A stretch of 64,000 nt of DNA from a virus. The position numbers were made by a program, and so were the translations under genes. The notes under the pieces were generated by a model. It was given only the letters and a program-made list of their open reading frames with translations. It was not told the origin of the DNA and ran no database searches. The DNA lies in IMG/VR virus record IMGVR_UViG_3300028584_001241. One strand, 5' to 3'. Shown here piece after piece: positions 31,168 to 41,831 of the stretch (position 1 is its first letter; each line of letters starts with the position of its first letter).

Positions 31168-31743
31168 ATGACACTTGAAGAAAAAATTTTAGACATTCTT
31201 AACAAAGATAAAAAAGACGTGAGAATACCTGAACCATCAAACAAAACGGACTCAGAAATTTGGCTTTATACTCATAAAGATAAAGATAACTCCTTCCAGA
31301 TTTTTTTTGCCAACATAACTAATGGAAATATGGCTCATATCAGAAGAGATGAGGATTCAGAAAATTATGATAAAGTTTTTGAAGCGTCCGATAAGGAAAT
31401 ATACAATAAAATTATTGAAGTCTATGAAGAAAATATGGCTTTTTTTAATCGTTATAAGTCTATTATAAAAAATGATAGAAACGTGCGTATTTATCTAGAA
31501 GATCCTTATTTTTACTACAACAAGCGTTCTAAAAAATTGTATGCTATTCCGACAATAAAAGTCCAAACTATTGCGGCGTCGTTCTCATTTTATCTCTATC
31601 CAAGTCAACTAAAAAAAATAAATATTGCTGTTGATAAAATTTACGAAGACTTTTATCAGCATCTTTTTCAATTCTTTTTAGAGAAACCATTGAATAAGTA
31701 TTCAGAAGAAGAATTGACATTGTTCCACATGATTAAAATTTAA
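31168..31743 (+). CDS. Hypothetical protein with C-terminal tag
   Basis: Ends EEELTLFHMIKI. Confidence 0.72.
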   Translation: MTLEEKILDILNKDKKDVRIPEPSNKTDSEIWLYTHKDKDNSFQIFFANITNGNMAHIRRDEDSENYDKVFEASDKEIYNKIIEVYEENMAFFNRYKSIIKNDRNVRIYLEDPYFYYNKRSKKLYAIPTIKVQTIAASFSFYLYPSQLKKINIAVDKIYEDFYQHLFQFFLEKPLNKYSEEELTLFHMIKI

Positions 31744-31755
31744 GGAATAACTATA

Positions 31756-32544
31756 ATGAAAGAACAAGAAATCAAACACATTGAAGCTTTCAGTGATTTT
31801 TTTGGAAAGTCTATTAGACCTGAATACACCACTTTAAGAAATGAACGTGGTGATTACCATGTCACGAACAATTCGCCTTTTGATAATAAAATACTTCGTT
31901 GTCATTTTAAAAAGTGTGCATTTCCTGTCACTATCGCAGAAACCATCTATAATCATGATTGTAGCTTTCATTTAACTAATATGAGTGTGAGCGATGTCGC
32001 CTACCTTTTTAGAGACAACGATTATAATTATGATGTAGTTGAACAAATCATCAATGAGCTATTTAAATTCGGTCAAGTTTTTAGCTTCTATACTGAAATG
32101 TCACCTATTCAAAATATTAAGTTGGAAAATAACTTCAATAAGAATGGCATTCAAAAGGCTGTATTTGTTCCTACAGTGACAAAGTTAGCACTTTCAACAG
32201 TATTAGCTGACAAAAATGCAAGTGGTAAGCCAACAAAGAAAACTGCCATCGTTCATTTAGCTTTTATGATATCGGATGACAACGAAATTCACCCTGTATT
32301 AAACTTAGCAATCCCCTATTCAGTCTCAAAATTTACTCGGTTTTCCATTCATCTTCATCCATCTAAAAGAGATGAACAAATTAAGCATATTCCTATCATT
32401 TTAAAAGAATTTGAAAATTTGCTGATTGGACACTTAGATTTTGTGCTGACAAAATTTTTAAAAATTAAGAAAAATGAATTATCTAAGATGACGCTAGAAG
32501 AAAAAAAGAATTATCTTCCGGTTATCGAGATGGCTAGAATTTAA
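31756..32544 (+). CDS. Tandem paralog family A, copy 1
   Basis: YNYD..INELFK.G, EIHP, HLHPS, EKKNYLPVIEMARI. Confidence 0.8.
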   Translation: MKEQEIKHIEAFSDFFGKSIRPEYTTLRNERGDYHVTNNSPFDNKILRCHFKKCAFPVTIAETIYNHDCSFHLTNMSVSDVAYLFRDNDYNYDVVEQIINELFKFGQVFSFYTEMSPIQNIKLENNFNKNGIQKAVFVPTVTKLALSTVLADKNASGKPTKKTAIVHLAFMISDDNEIHPVLNLAIPYSVSKFTRFSIHLHPSKRDEQIKHIPIILKEFENLLIGHLDFVLTKFLKIKKNELSKMTLEEKKNYLPVIEMARI

Positions 32545-32573
32545 ATTTAACGACATTAAAGAGGAGTCAAAAA

Positions 32574-33347
32574 ATGAATGATCAAAATTACAAAACAGCT
32601 TTCAATAAATTATTTAATGGATATACAACCGAAAATGAATTTTGGAGAAGACCTGATGCAAACTGGTGCGAAATCACAGGCATACTGAATATGAGTGGAA
32701 GAAAGTTCAAAGATAGTTATATTAAAGCTTATTTTTATCATAACCCAGAGACGTACATTTACACTCATTCTGCGATCACGTTTGAAAAAATACCAAAAAG
32801 AATGCTAAAAGAAATTTTTAATAATCAAAATTACAATTATGACTTAGTTGACACAATAATTAATGAACTATATACAATAGGTGAATCATTTAGTTTTTAT
32901 AAAGATATGTCACCTATTCAAAATATTAATATAGAAAACACACTAAATCTTGACCAATTTGGACAATCAACACCAAAAAATGTCACAAAAATAATATTAG
33001 CTTCTTTTTTAAAAGATAAAAGAGCAGGTTCACAACCTATAAAAAGAATGGCTAGACAATCCATAAAATTCAAATTGGTTGATGATAATATATGTCCAAT
33101 AATGGAATTAATCATTCCTTATTCGAACACTGATTACTTCCATTCAATGATTCATTTACACCCATCAATGAAAGATAAACAAATAAACAAAATAGAAGAA
33201 TTGAAAGCTGATTTTACAGTACAACTAGAAGAACAACTTGAAATTGTGTTAAATAAAAAACTTAAAATTTCTAAAAATGATATAAAGAATATGACTTTGC
33301 AAGAAAAGCGAAATTATATACCAGTTCTAGAAATGCTGACTGTTTAA
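32574..33347 (+). CDS. Tandem paralog family A, copy 2
   Basis: Same motifs; ends YIPVLEMLTV. Confidence 0.8.
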   Translation: MNDQNYKTAFNKLFNGYTTENEFWRRPDANWCEITGILNMSGRKFKDSYIKAYFYHNPETYIYTHSAITFEKIPKRMLKEIFNNQNYNYDLVDTIINELYTIGESFSFYKDMSPIQNINIENTLNLDQFGQSTPKNVTKIILASFLKDKRAGSQPIKRMARQSIKFKLVDDNICPIMELIIPYSNTDYFHSMIHLHPSMKDKQINKIEELKADFTVQLEEQLEIVLNKKLKISKNDIKNMTLQEKRNYIPVLEMLTV

Positions 33348-33374
33348 TGATAGCTAATTGTAACGGAAATTAAA

Positions 33375-34151
33375 ATGAATGATAAAGAACCAAATTATGT
33401 AGAAGTATTTAATATTTTCTTTGGAAAAAAACCTTTTTCTACTGAAGGTCATATTGATAAAACAGAAACAAAAACCACTTACGGTTACGATATAATGAGC
33501 ATCTTTGTATCTTGTAGATTTCATAAAGTCAATGTTAATATTATGTCAAAGCCTTATAGTTATACTTGTAATATTTCTTTTAAAAACTTATCTAAACAAC
33601 CTGTTAAAGAATTGTTTGACGCTAAAAACTATAATTACGACCTAATTGATGAAACTATCAATGAACTCTTTAAAATAGGGCAATCATATAATTTTTATAA
33701 AGGCATGACACCTATTAAAAATAATAGATTAGAAGACTCTTTTATGAGAGGCGGATATCCTAGCGGAAACAGCTCTAAAAACTTGACAAAATTAACACTG
33801 TCAGGATTTTTAACAGATAAATATACAGATGATAATCCTTTGAAAAAAATATCGAAACAACATGTAAATTTTTATTGGTCTGAAAATAATGAAATCTATC
33901 CAATCATTACATTGTTTTTTCCTTATTCTTCAACTGCAGATTTTATTTGTTTTATTAACTTGCATCCATCACAGCGAGAGTTACAAATAAAAAATTTAAT
34001 TCAAATAAAGAAAGATTTTACTGCTGAATTAGAAGAACAGCTTAATACTGTTTTAAAAAGAAAACTTAAATTTAAAAAAGAAGATTTATTAACATTGACA
34101 ACACAAGAAAAATTAAATTATATTCCGGTTGTAGAGATGGCAAGAATATAG
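33375..34151 (+). CDS. Tandem paralog family A, copy 3
   Basis: Same motifs; ends YIPVVEMARI, TAG stop. Confidence 0.8.
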   Translation: MNDKEPNYVEVFNIFFGKKPFSTEGHIDKTETKTTYGYDIMSIFVSCRFHKVNVNIMSKPYSYTCNISFKNLSKQPVKELFDAKNYNYDLIDETINELFKIGQSYNFYKGMTPIKNNRLEDSFMRGGYPSGNSSKNLTKLTLSGFLTDKYTDDNPLKKISKQHVNFYWSENNEIYPIITLFFPYSSTADFICFINLHPSQRELQIKNLIQIKKDFTAELEEQLNTVLKRKLKFKKEDLLTLTTQEKLNYIPVVEMARI

Positions 34152-34195
34152 AATAGTCAAAAATATAATATTAAAATACATAAAAGGTGAAATAT

Positions 34196-34993
34196 ATGAG
34201 TAGTAAAGCTGATAAATATTTAATGGTTTTTAATAACTTTTTAAAAGATAAAGTAATTGATACTAGGCTTGTGCAGAAACACAATGAATCACTTTCTCAA
34301 ATTATTGGTATCTACAATGATCCAAACCAAACGTTATCTAACTACTATACAACTTTAACATTTTCTCCAAATGCTTCAAAAGTCAATAATATAGAATATA
34401 CTGACATATGTGATATTAGGGTCACCAATATGCCAGATAGATATTTCGATGAAATGATGGATTCTCAAAATTATAACCACCTATTGGTTGCTGATATTAT
34501 TAAAGAAGTTTTTAATATTGGCAAACGGTTTGAATTCTATCAAGAGATATCACCAATCAAGAACATAAAAATCAGTGAAGCTTTTACTAATAACGGTGAT
34601 GAACGTTATGTAAGTCTAAAAAATATAGCAAAGTTAAAACTATCAACATTTTTAAAAGAAAAAGGATCAAGCATTAAAACATTAAACAAATTCATCTATT
34701 ACAATATTCAATTTCTTATAAATAACGATAATGAAATTCATCCAATAATGTATTTATTTGTTCCATATTGTTCATCTTATAATTTCATGACAACTATAAA
34801 TCTACATCATTCTCAAAAAGAAAATCAATTAAAAAGGATCGAAGAATTAAAAAATGAAGTCACTATGAAATTTGAACAACACTTAGATGGCTTATTAAAT
34901 AGAAGTCTTAAGATTAAAAAAGATGAAATCGCTAACATGTCCTTAAACGATAAGCTAAGTTATATTCCTGTACTTGAAATGAACAAAATTTAG
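34196..34993 (+). CDS. Tandem paralog family A, copy 4
   Basis: Same motifs; ends YIPVLEMNKI, TAG stop. Confidence 0.8.
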   Translation: MSSKADKYLMVFNNFLKDKVIDTRLVQKHNESLSQIIGIYNDPNQTLSNYYTTLTFSPNASKVNNIEYTDICDIRVTNMPDRYFDEMMDSQNYNHLLVADIIKEVFNIGKRFEFYQEISPIKNIKISEAFTNNGDERYVSLKNIAKLKLSTFLKEKGSSIKTLNKFIYYNIQFLINNDNEIHPIMYLFVPYCSSYNFMTTINLHHSQKENQLKRIEELKNEVTMKFEQHLDGLLNRSLKIKKDEIANMSLNDKLSYIPVLEMNKI

Positions 34994-35047
34994 TTGATGA
35001 GAATTGAAAAAAATGATATAATAACACTCTTCAAAGAGGTCATTTAA

Positions 35048-35872
35048 ATGGAAAAAAATAACGAACAATCAATGCTTATTAACATTTTACAAGCAACATT
35101 TAAAGAAAAGTATTTTGACGAAATAACTGTATCTGAGGGCGATAGTTATTCTGGAACTGTTGTCAAATTAAATTTGAAAGATAGTGATGGTTTCATAAGT
35201 TGTAAATTTAGAGGGCGAGGGCATATTAATTTTTCCATGAATTATGAATCTGAATGTGTCATTGGTTTTAAAAACATAGAAATACCTATGATCGCCACAT
35301 TACTTAATGAGAATAACTACAATTATGAAATCGTTAAGCAATCAATCAATGAATTTTTTAAGCTGGGTGAGAAATGTAAATTATTTAAGTCATTGAAAAA
35401 AGTTAAAAGCTTAAAAATAGAAGATAACTTATCAATGGGACATAGGTGGGATAACGGTGATTATGAGACTCTATTTTCATATACTCAAAATATTTCAAAT
35501 ATACAGTTTTCAAATTTCTACAAAACTGAGAATCATAAAAAAGCGATTAGACCTAAAAAATTGAAGGGTAAAAATATGACGTTGTATTATAAATTTACAC
35601 TTAAAAATGGCAAACTACAGCCTTTTGCTCATATTGATTATCCAGTAGCTCCTAACGTTAGTATTCCATTTGTTTACAATATTCATGCTGATTTCATTGA
35701 AGAATCTAATGATAAATTTAAGAAATACTACAATGAATTGGAAGAAAGACTTAATAAAAGAGTTAATCAAATTTTGAAAAAAGATTTAAATTTGACTGAT
35801 AAAACTCTATCAGAACTGTCAATAGATGATAAATTAAACTATTTGATAATTGCTGAAATGTCAGAAATATAA
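35048..35872 (+). CDS. Tandem paralog family A, copy 5
   Basis: Ends YLIIAEMSEI. Confidence 0.8.
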   Translation: MEKNNEQSMLINILQATFKEKYFDEITVSEGDSYSGTVVKLNLKDSDGFISCKFRGRGHINFSMNYESECVIGFKNIEIPMIATLLNENNYNYEIVKQSINEFFKLGEKCKLFKSLKKVKSLKIEDNLSMGHRWDNGDYETLFSYTQNISNIQFSNFYKTENHKKAIRPKKLKGKNMTLYYKFTLKNGKLQPFAHIDYPVAPNVSIPFVYNIHADFIEESNDKFKKYYNELEERLNKRVNQILKKDLNLTDKTLSELSIDDKLNYLIIAEMSEI

Positions 35873-35902
35873 TAGCATCATCTTAAACCTATGGAGACAA
35901 TA

Positions 35903-36748
35903 ATGAATCAAGATCAAATCACTTGTTTAGAAGCCTACTTGAAAATATTCAATGGAACGCTTTTTGATCAACCATCCTTCTATGATGCAAGTGGACAGAC
36001 TAGTATTGGTTCTATTATCGCCATAAATAAAATCCAAAATGCTGACATATCAATACAAGATGAAAACATTAAACAATCAATCCAGATAGGTTTTGGAAAA
36101 AACAATAATTATATGTATAAAGATCATGACTATGATTTCAATTGTTTATTCCAATTTACCAATATTAATAAAAAAATGGTCGCTTCTTTTTTCCAGAATA
36201 TAAAATACAATTATGATGTTATTCATGATGCAATCCATGCTTTTTATAAGATAGGTCATGATTATGGACTATTTGACTCAATGGACACAATAGCTGATTT
36301 AAGACTGCAAAATTTCTTTAAAGCTCCTTATAAAGCCAATGGAAAATCAAATAAGTTAACTTCTACTGGAATAAAAGTATCCGAGATAAACTTTACTGAC
36401 TTCTTTAAAACAAAGAAGAACGCTCATAAGGGCAAGCTGAAAAGTAGAAGGCTTTCTGTCTATTATAAATTTATAGTGAAAGATGGTGAAATACATCCAT
36501 TGGTTTTGGTATCAATTCCAGTATCTATTAATCATACACAAAGCATTACATTAGACATTCATCCGTCTGCAAAAGAATTTAATGAAAAGAAGCTAATAGA
36601 AGGTTTGGAAAAACTTGATGAAACATTAAAAGAGCGAATTGATATGATCCTTCGTAAAGAATTAAAATTAAAAAATAAATTTTTAGAGACACTGACCTTT
36701 GAAGATAAATTGAATTATTTAAAAGTCGCTGAGATGGCAATGATTTAA
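35903..36748 (+). CDS. Tandem paralog family A, copy 6
   Basis: Ends YLKVAEMAMI. Confidence 0.8.
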   Translation: MNQDQITCLEAYLKIFNGTLFDQPSFYDASGQTSIGSIIAINKIQNADISIQDENIKQSIQIGFGKNNNYMYKDHDYDFNCLFQFTNINKKMVASFFQNIKYNYDVIHDAIHAFYKIGHDYGLFDSMDTIADLRLQNFFKAPYKANGKSNKLTSTGIKVSEINFTDFFKTKKNAHKGKLKSRRLSVYYKFIVKDGEIHPLVLVSIPVSINHTQSITLDIHPSAKEFNEKKLIEGLEKLDETLKERIDMILRKELKLKNKFLETLTFEDKLNYLKVAEMAMI

Positions 36749-36764
36749 GCTAAGAGGTGGCCTA

Positions 36765-37559
36765 ATGTTAAATAGAGATATATTGTTATCAGCGTACAAA
36801 AAAATGTTTGATAACACACCATTTGAAAAGTATCTACATCCTAAAGACACGTATTATGAATACCGTATTGTAGGCATTGATGAAAGTGTTCAAAGAAATA
36901 CCAGTTCGGTGGCATGTGTATTTACAAAAGCAAACCCAGATAAAATGATACCGAATATAAAGTATGAATACATATGCACAATGGCTTTTAATTATGTAAC
37001 AAATGCAGTCATTGATGAATTCTTTCGATCAAAAAATTATGACTATGAACTTGTTAATAGAGCGTTAAAAGAAGTGACTGATTTAGGTATTGAATATGGT
37101 TTTATTAAAGAGTTTACAATAGGGGACTTTTCAGTAGAAGAACAATTTAAAAGCACACTAATTAACAAAACAAGTTCGTTTAGACCAGCCGGTGTGATTA
37201 CTTTTTCAAATGCTTTAGTTGAATTTGATAATGATTTTGGGAAAATGATTTATAAAAGAACACTGAATGTCGAGGTTGTTTTCATCGTCAAGAATAATGA
37301 AATACATCCAGTATTGATGATAGCGTTTCCATTCACTGCTAAAAAGAAATATTACATGTATCTCGATATACATAAAGATCACAAACATAATCATGAGTAT
37401 GAGTTGTTAAATATACAACAAAGTTGTATTAAAAAGATGAACGAACACGTTGATATTTTATTAATGGAAAACTTTAAGATGAATAATTCAGATCTGAATA
37501 AAATGAATTTAGAGGCCAAGCTCGATTATCTTAAAGTTCTTGAGATGGGAATGATTTAA
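36765..37559 (+). CDS. Tandem paralog family A, copy 7
   Basis: Ends YLKVLEMGMI. Confidence 0.8.
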   Translation: MLNRDILLSAYKKMFDNTPFEKYLHPKDTYYEYRIVGIDESVQRNTSSVACVFTKANPDKMIPNIKYEYICTMAFNYVTNAVIDEFFRSKNYDYELVNRALKEVTDLGIEYGFIKEFTIGDFSVEEQFKSTLINKTSSFRPAGVITFSNALVEFDNDFGKMIYKRTLNVEVVFIVKNNEIHPVLMIAFPFTAKKKYYMYLDIHKDHKHNHEYELLNIQQSCIKKMNEHVDILLMENFKMNNSDLNKMNLEAKLDYLKVLEMGMI

Positions 37560-37574
37560 AAATAGCTTAATTTT

Positions 37575-38390
37575 TTATTGAAATAATAACATCGAAATAA
37601 GCGATATTTCATTTTCACTCAAATGAAAGATATCGTCTTTTGATTTATATTCAAGATTAAACTTTAATTTGTAGTAATCAAAAGAATAATAAAATCTAAG
37701 TAAAATGAGTTCATTACTAGACAGTAATTCATTATCAAACATTATCTTATGTTCACTTAAATTAAATGAAGCTTTCTTTTTTGTAATCTTGGATATTAAG
37801 TCAATATGATCTTTATAGGTGGCGACAATGAATGTCGTATTCTTACGATGAATTGAAAAATAAGAATTTTCTTCATCCAATTCACCAAATTCATTATAAG
37901 TAATAAACTTAGGTGTCGTATGACATGATGCATTATAATAATTTAAGTCAGACTGATTAGGATCAACATCAAGGTAAGTCAATGATTTGATTGTGCCTAA
38001 TTCATCATAGATACTTCTAACAGGTTTGTTTACATTATCTTTGTACATACCATAAATACCTTTAGGTATGAATTTTACACTCATTAACTGAAAGTAAGGG
38101 TCAAACCCAATAACCAGAGGTTTTACTGAGCTATCAATAGTTTTTAAAAGTGTTGTCAAATCGTTGTCAAAGATATTGAATCTGAATAGTTTTGTTTCAT
38201 TGTCAATCAACAAGTAAATATTTAATCCAACAACTTTTGTTTCTTCAAAGTCATCATCAATAAGAATAACGACTTTTTCAATATCTTCATAAACGTAGGG
38301 GAATGGAGTATTGTCAAAAGTAATACCAGAAACACTTAATATCTCTTTGCCTGCTGCAGTGAATGACATGTCTACATGTTTTAGATCCAT
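37575..38390 (-). CDS. Hypothetical protein with C-terminal tag variant
   Basis: AGGAG RBS; ends LSENEISLISMLLFQ. Confidence 0.72.
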   Translation of the reverse strand: MDLKHVDMSFTAAGKEILSVSGITFDNTPFPYVYEDIEKVVILIDDDFEETKVVGLNIYLLIDNETKLFRFNIFDNDLTTLLKTIDSSVKPLVIGFDPYFQLMSVKFIPKGIYGMYKDNVNKPVRSIYDELGTIKSLTYLDVDPNQSDLNYYNASCHTTPKFITYNEFGELDEENSYFSIHRKNTTFIVATYKDHIDLISKITKKKASFNLSEHKIMFDNELLSSNELILLRFYYSFDYYKLKFNLEYKSKDDIFHLSENEISLISMLLFQ

Positions 38391-38504
38391 AAAAAACTCC
38401 TATGTTAACATGTTAATTTCTTATGATTATAATGTCAAATTTTAAAGCGTCAGCATATGTAGCGAATATCTAATATAGAGTAAAGATAAGTATTAATTTA
38501 TAAT

Positions 38505-38828
38505 CTATTTTGTAGGAAGCTGAATGACTGGAGTAGGGCTGTAATAATTCATTTTGTGGTAATTAGTAGAATACTTCATTGATAACAATATAACCAATAC
38601 AATGATAGCAGATACTCTAAAAATATTAGCAGCCGCGACTGTTTTACTTTTCATAGCTAATAAAATAAGGATAGCAAAAACACACAGGAATAATAATGAT
38701 GTAATGAGGGTGGCCTTTAACACATCAGGGTTGATGTAATCACCTTGTTCGATGGTTCTATTGACTGCAGCCATAACGGATGAAGATGACATAAATAGTG
38801 AGAGTGATATAATCGCTTTATTAAACAT
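38505..38828 (-). CDS. Small membrane protein
   Basis: Signal peptide plus 2 TM. Confidence 0.6.
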   Translation of the reverse strand: MFNKAIISLSLFMSSSSVMAAVNRTIEQGDYINPDVLKATLITSLLFLCVFAILILLAMKSKTVAAANIFRVSAIIVLVILLSMKYSTNYHKMNYYSPTPVIQLPTK

Positions 38829-38980
38829 AATAATTCTCTTTTAGTCCTTACCTATATTTTAGATCGTTTAAAGTAGATTACAATATATAAACAAATATTT
38901 ATTTTTAAGCAGTAAAAGAGTAAAAATAAGCAATAAAAAAGACGATCTGAAATCGTCTTTTTTTATCTAGTATTTAAAGA

Positions 38981-39727
38981 TTAAATATCGTAGAGGTCAG
39001 GCTCAAACCAGTTTACACACTTCAAAAACTTATGTGCTCTGTAAACTTTACCGCCAACCGTTTGCTCAGAAGATGAATAAACAACTTGGAATGGCTTACC
39101 ATTTGATTGTATCAATGGTGAATCTTTGGAGTAAACATCGACACCTTTATCACGATAAAATTTCAATGTAGCGGCAGTGTCAACATCATTTTCACACAAT
39201 TTGCTCATGTTACTGTCAGTGACTTTCTGAACAAGTCTGGTTACATCTACATTGTAGAATGCAGCAAGAGACATCAGGTAGGTGTCTAAACTAATGATTT
39301 CTTCCATCATTTCATTCGCTGTTGCTTTCTCTTGAATACTTTCAATAACAGCATCTATTAGGTTCTTTATGTCGTCATAAACAGTAGTGTACAATTCAGG
39401 TGTTGGTATTTCACTCAAAAATTCTACAATGTGTTGATTAGCTTTTGCTTCAACATAGTTGACATTCAAGAAATGTGGTAGCCCATAAAGGAATACAAGC
39501 AAGTCAGCAACAGCGTCAACCATTTCTTTACGACCATCTTTATCTTGTGGGTCTTTGATTAAAAGTGCGAAACCATCATCACGCAACTCATCTAACTCAT
39601 CATAAAGATTTTTAGCTTGGTTATAAAGCTTTTCATAGTTTGTTACCGTTGTTCCAGTAACGCTAGAACCAAAGAGATTCCCGAAAGCAGTGTTAGTGTC
39701 AGATATATTTTTATACGGTTTGTTCAT
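38981..39727 (-). CDS. MazG-like / PRA-PH family NTP pyrophosphohydrolase
   Basis: DELDEL, EMVDAVADLLVFLYG, SNMSKLC. Confidence 0.8.
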   Translation of the reverse strand: MNKPYKNISDTNTAFGNLFGSSVTGTTVTNYEKLYNQAKNLYDELDELRDDGFALLIKDPQDKDGRKEMVDAVADLLVFLYGLPHFLNVNYVEAKANQHIVEFLSEIPTPELYTTVYDDIKNLIDAVIESIQEKATANEMMEEIISLDTYLMSLAAFYNVDVTRLVQKVTDSNMSKLCENDVDTAATLKFYRDKGVDVYSKDSPLIQSNGKPFQVVYSSSEQTVGGKVYRAHKFLKCVNWFEPDLYDI

Positions 39728-39878
39728 TTATACTTCCTCTTGAATAATAGGAAATAAGTTAACATTAAAAAAACAAAAGTCAAAAAAAAAAGATAATAAA
39801 AAAAGACCATAACTATTGATTTATCAATAATTAATGATACTGTTTTGGTGTTAAAGATTATAAAAAGAGGATTTTTCA

Positions 39879-40523
39879 ATGTCAAAATATGGCGATTTTA
39901 ACCAGTTATTAGATAAAGACGAAATAGAAGCTGAAATACAAAAATTAGGTAAACATCACGATATAAAGTTTATTAAGACTTACATGGCAATGGCATTCCA
40001 AGCCAGTCATTTGTCCTATTGTGCTAGATTGAAAGTGGGATCATTAATTGTGACACCTAACAATGAAATGTTAATGGGCTATAATGGAACACCATCTGGT
40101 TATGATAATGTTTGTGAGTTGCCGGGACAAGATGTAACTAATCCTATCACCTTACATGGTGAAGCAAATGGTATGTCAAAAGCAGAACAAAGCACACTGA
40201 GTATTAAAAACGCTTCGTTATTTGTGACCCATATTCCTTGTATAGAATGTTCAAAAAGAATTATTCAGAGCGGAATGAAACGAGTATTCTATGTGAATGA
40301 TTATAGATTGACTGATGGATTAGAGTTGTTGACCGATTTCCGTTCTAAAATTCAAGTCATTAAGCTTTCGGCTGACACTTACGAGATAGAGCGAATACAC
40401 GGTTATTACGTGCCGAATCTTAATGTTGAAAGTGAATACGTTTACAATATACTGCTTAAACAGATAGAAGATTTAAGAAATGAAATAAAGTTATCAAAAT
40501 GTAATTGTTTAAAATGTAATTAA
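39879..40523 (+). CDS. dCMP deaminase (ComEB-like)
   Basis: SYCARLKVG, GYNGTPSG, HGEAN, PCIEC. Confidence 0.9.
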   Translation: MSKYGDFNQLLDKDEIEAEIQKLGKHHDIKFIKTYMAMAFQASHLSYCARLKVGSLIVTPNNEMLMGYNGTPSGYDNVCELPGQDVTNPITLHGEANGMSKAEQSTLSIKNASLFVTHIPCIECSKRIIQSGMKRVFYVNDYRLTDGLELLTDFRSKIQVIKLSADTYEIERIHGYYVPNLNVESEYVYNILLKQIEDLRNEIKLSKCNCLKCN

Positions 40524-40561
40524 ACTGTAAGGCAAGATTTAGATCTTGTCTTTTTTCGGAG

Positions 40562-40855
40562 GTGTCTATGATAGATATACATTTGGGTTTAACAGGTGTG
40601 TCATTGTTCATATCCGTAATTGTCTGTTACAAATATTTCAGATACAACTACTTAGTTATCACTGGGACTGTATATGATATTGAAATGGCTGTCATCATTT
40701 TATTAAGTTTATTGAATGCATTCCTTTGTATTATCATTTTAAAAGAACAGATTGATTCAGTTTTCTTGTTGGGTGGTGTGCTCAATTATATTGGTATATT
40801 TACACTCGGATCAAAAGTAACAACGGCTCGGTTAAATCAAATGGATATAGAATAA
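40562..40855 (+). CDS. Small membrane protein (3 TM)
   Basis: Hydrophobic ORF with GGAGG RBS. Confidence 0.6.
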   Translation: MSMIDIHLGLTGVSLFISVIVCYKYFRYNYLVITGTVYDIEMAVIILLSLLNAFLCIIILKEQIDSVFLLGGVLNYIGIFTLGSKVTTARLNQMDIE

Positions 40856-40901
40856 GAAAAGGTCACTTAGGTGACCTTTTTTTACATCTATCAATTCTAA
40901 A

Positions 40902-41474
40902 TTAAGCAACCTTATGCTCTTTGATAAGCTTTTTAGGCATTCTAGGTTTTTTAATTTCTTTACACACTGTCTTAAATTGAATAGACACTGGCGTTTTGCT
41001 TGACTCCATAACGGTAACTTCAAAAACATAACCAATCTTGGTAAAATATTCAATCAATGAATCGACTGAAAACTTATCAATCTTTTTATTAACCAAGTCA
41101 CTCACTCGTGGTTGTTTAATATTAAGAATTTCTTGGACTTGACGTTGTTTAAATTTATTAGTAACAATAATTTCACCGATGTAAGTCACCAAACGTGTTT
41201 TAATTGTGTCGATATAATTAACATCATCAGCATGGTAACCCTCAATTACATAGCCAATTTTGTTTAGATACTCTAACAAAGAATCTATTGAAAATTTTTC
41301 AACTTTACCATTTACTAAATCGCTGACACGCGGCTGTTTGATATTTAAAAGCTGTTCAACTTCTCTTTGCTTTAGTTTCTTATGAGCAATAAGTCTTGCA
41401 ATGGTTTTCGCTAATTTTTGTTTAACGCCATCCAAGTCTACTACGCTATTGCAAATAGCAACTTCTTGTTTCAT
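40902..41474 (-). CDS. Tandem double XRE/HigA-type HTH regulator
   Basis: Two copies of KQR.V...LNIKQPRVSDLVN.K..KFS.DSL.EY..KIGYV. Confidence 0.85.
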   Translation of the reverse strand: MKQEVAICNSVVDLDGVKQKLAKTIARLIAHKKLKQREVEQLLNIKQPRVSDLVNGKVEKFSIDSLLEYLNKIGYVIEGYHADDVNYIDTIKTRLVTYIGEIIVTNKFKQRQVQEILNIKQPRVSDLVNKKIDKFSVDSLIEYFTKIGYVFEVTVMESSKTPVSIQFKTVCKEIKKPRMPKKLIKEHKVA

Positions 41475-41664
41475 TTTTATCTCCTTAATGAATAATACTT
41501 GTTATTATATATTTACATTATCATTTTGTCAATTTTTAAAGGTCATTTTTTAAAAAAAATGTATATAAAATCATAACCTTAGATAAATAGAGGATTCCAG
41601 AGGTGTTGGTTAGTACTGGACCATATGGTCAAGAAAGTTCATTAAAAAATATATTTAAATAAGC

Positions 41665-41782
41665 TTGACCTTTATGTACCATTTAGCTATAATGAGCGTC
41701 CCCCAAATAATAATAATAATATTATATACCCACTGTACTGGCTCATAAGTTATCCCCCAATCCGACTTATGAGCTTTTTTTT
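41665..41782 (+). ncRNA. Putative ~80 nt sRNA with (AAT)5 CA/ARN motif (coordinates include its promoter)
   Basis: TTGACC-17-TATAAT promoter; AATAATAATAATAAT 41706-41720; terminator GCTCATAAGT/ACTTATGAGC + T8; no ORF. Confidence 0.6.
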
Positions 41783-41831
41783 GTCCAAAAAAAAATACTC
41801 CCGCAGGAGTATTTAATTTATTTGTAACAAT

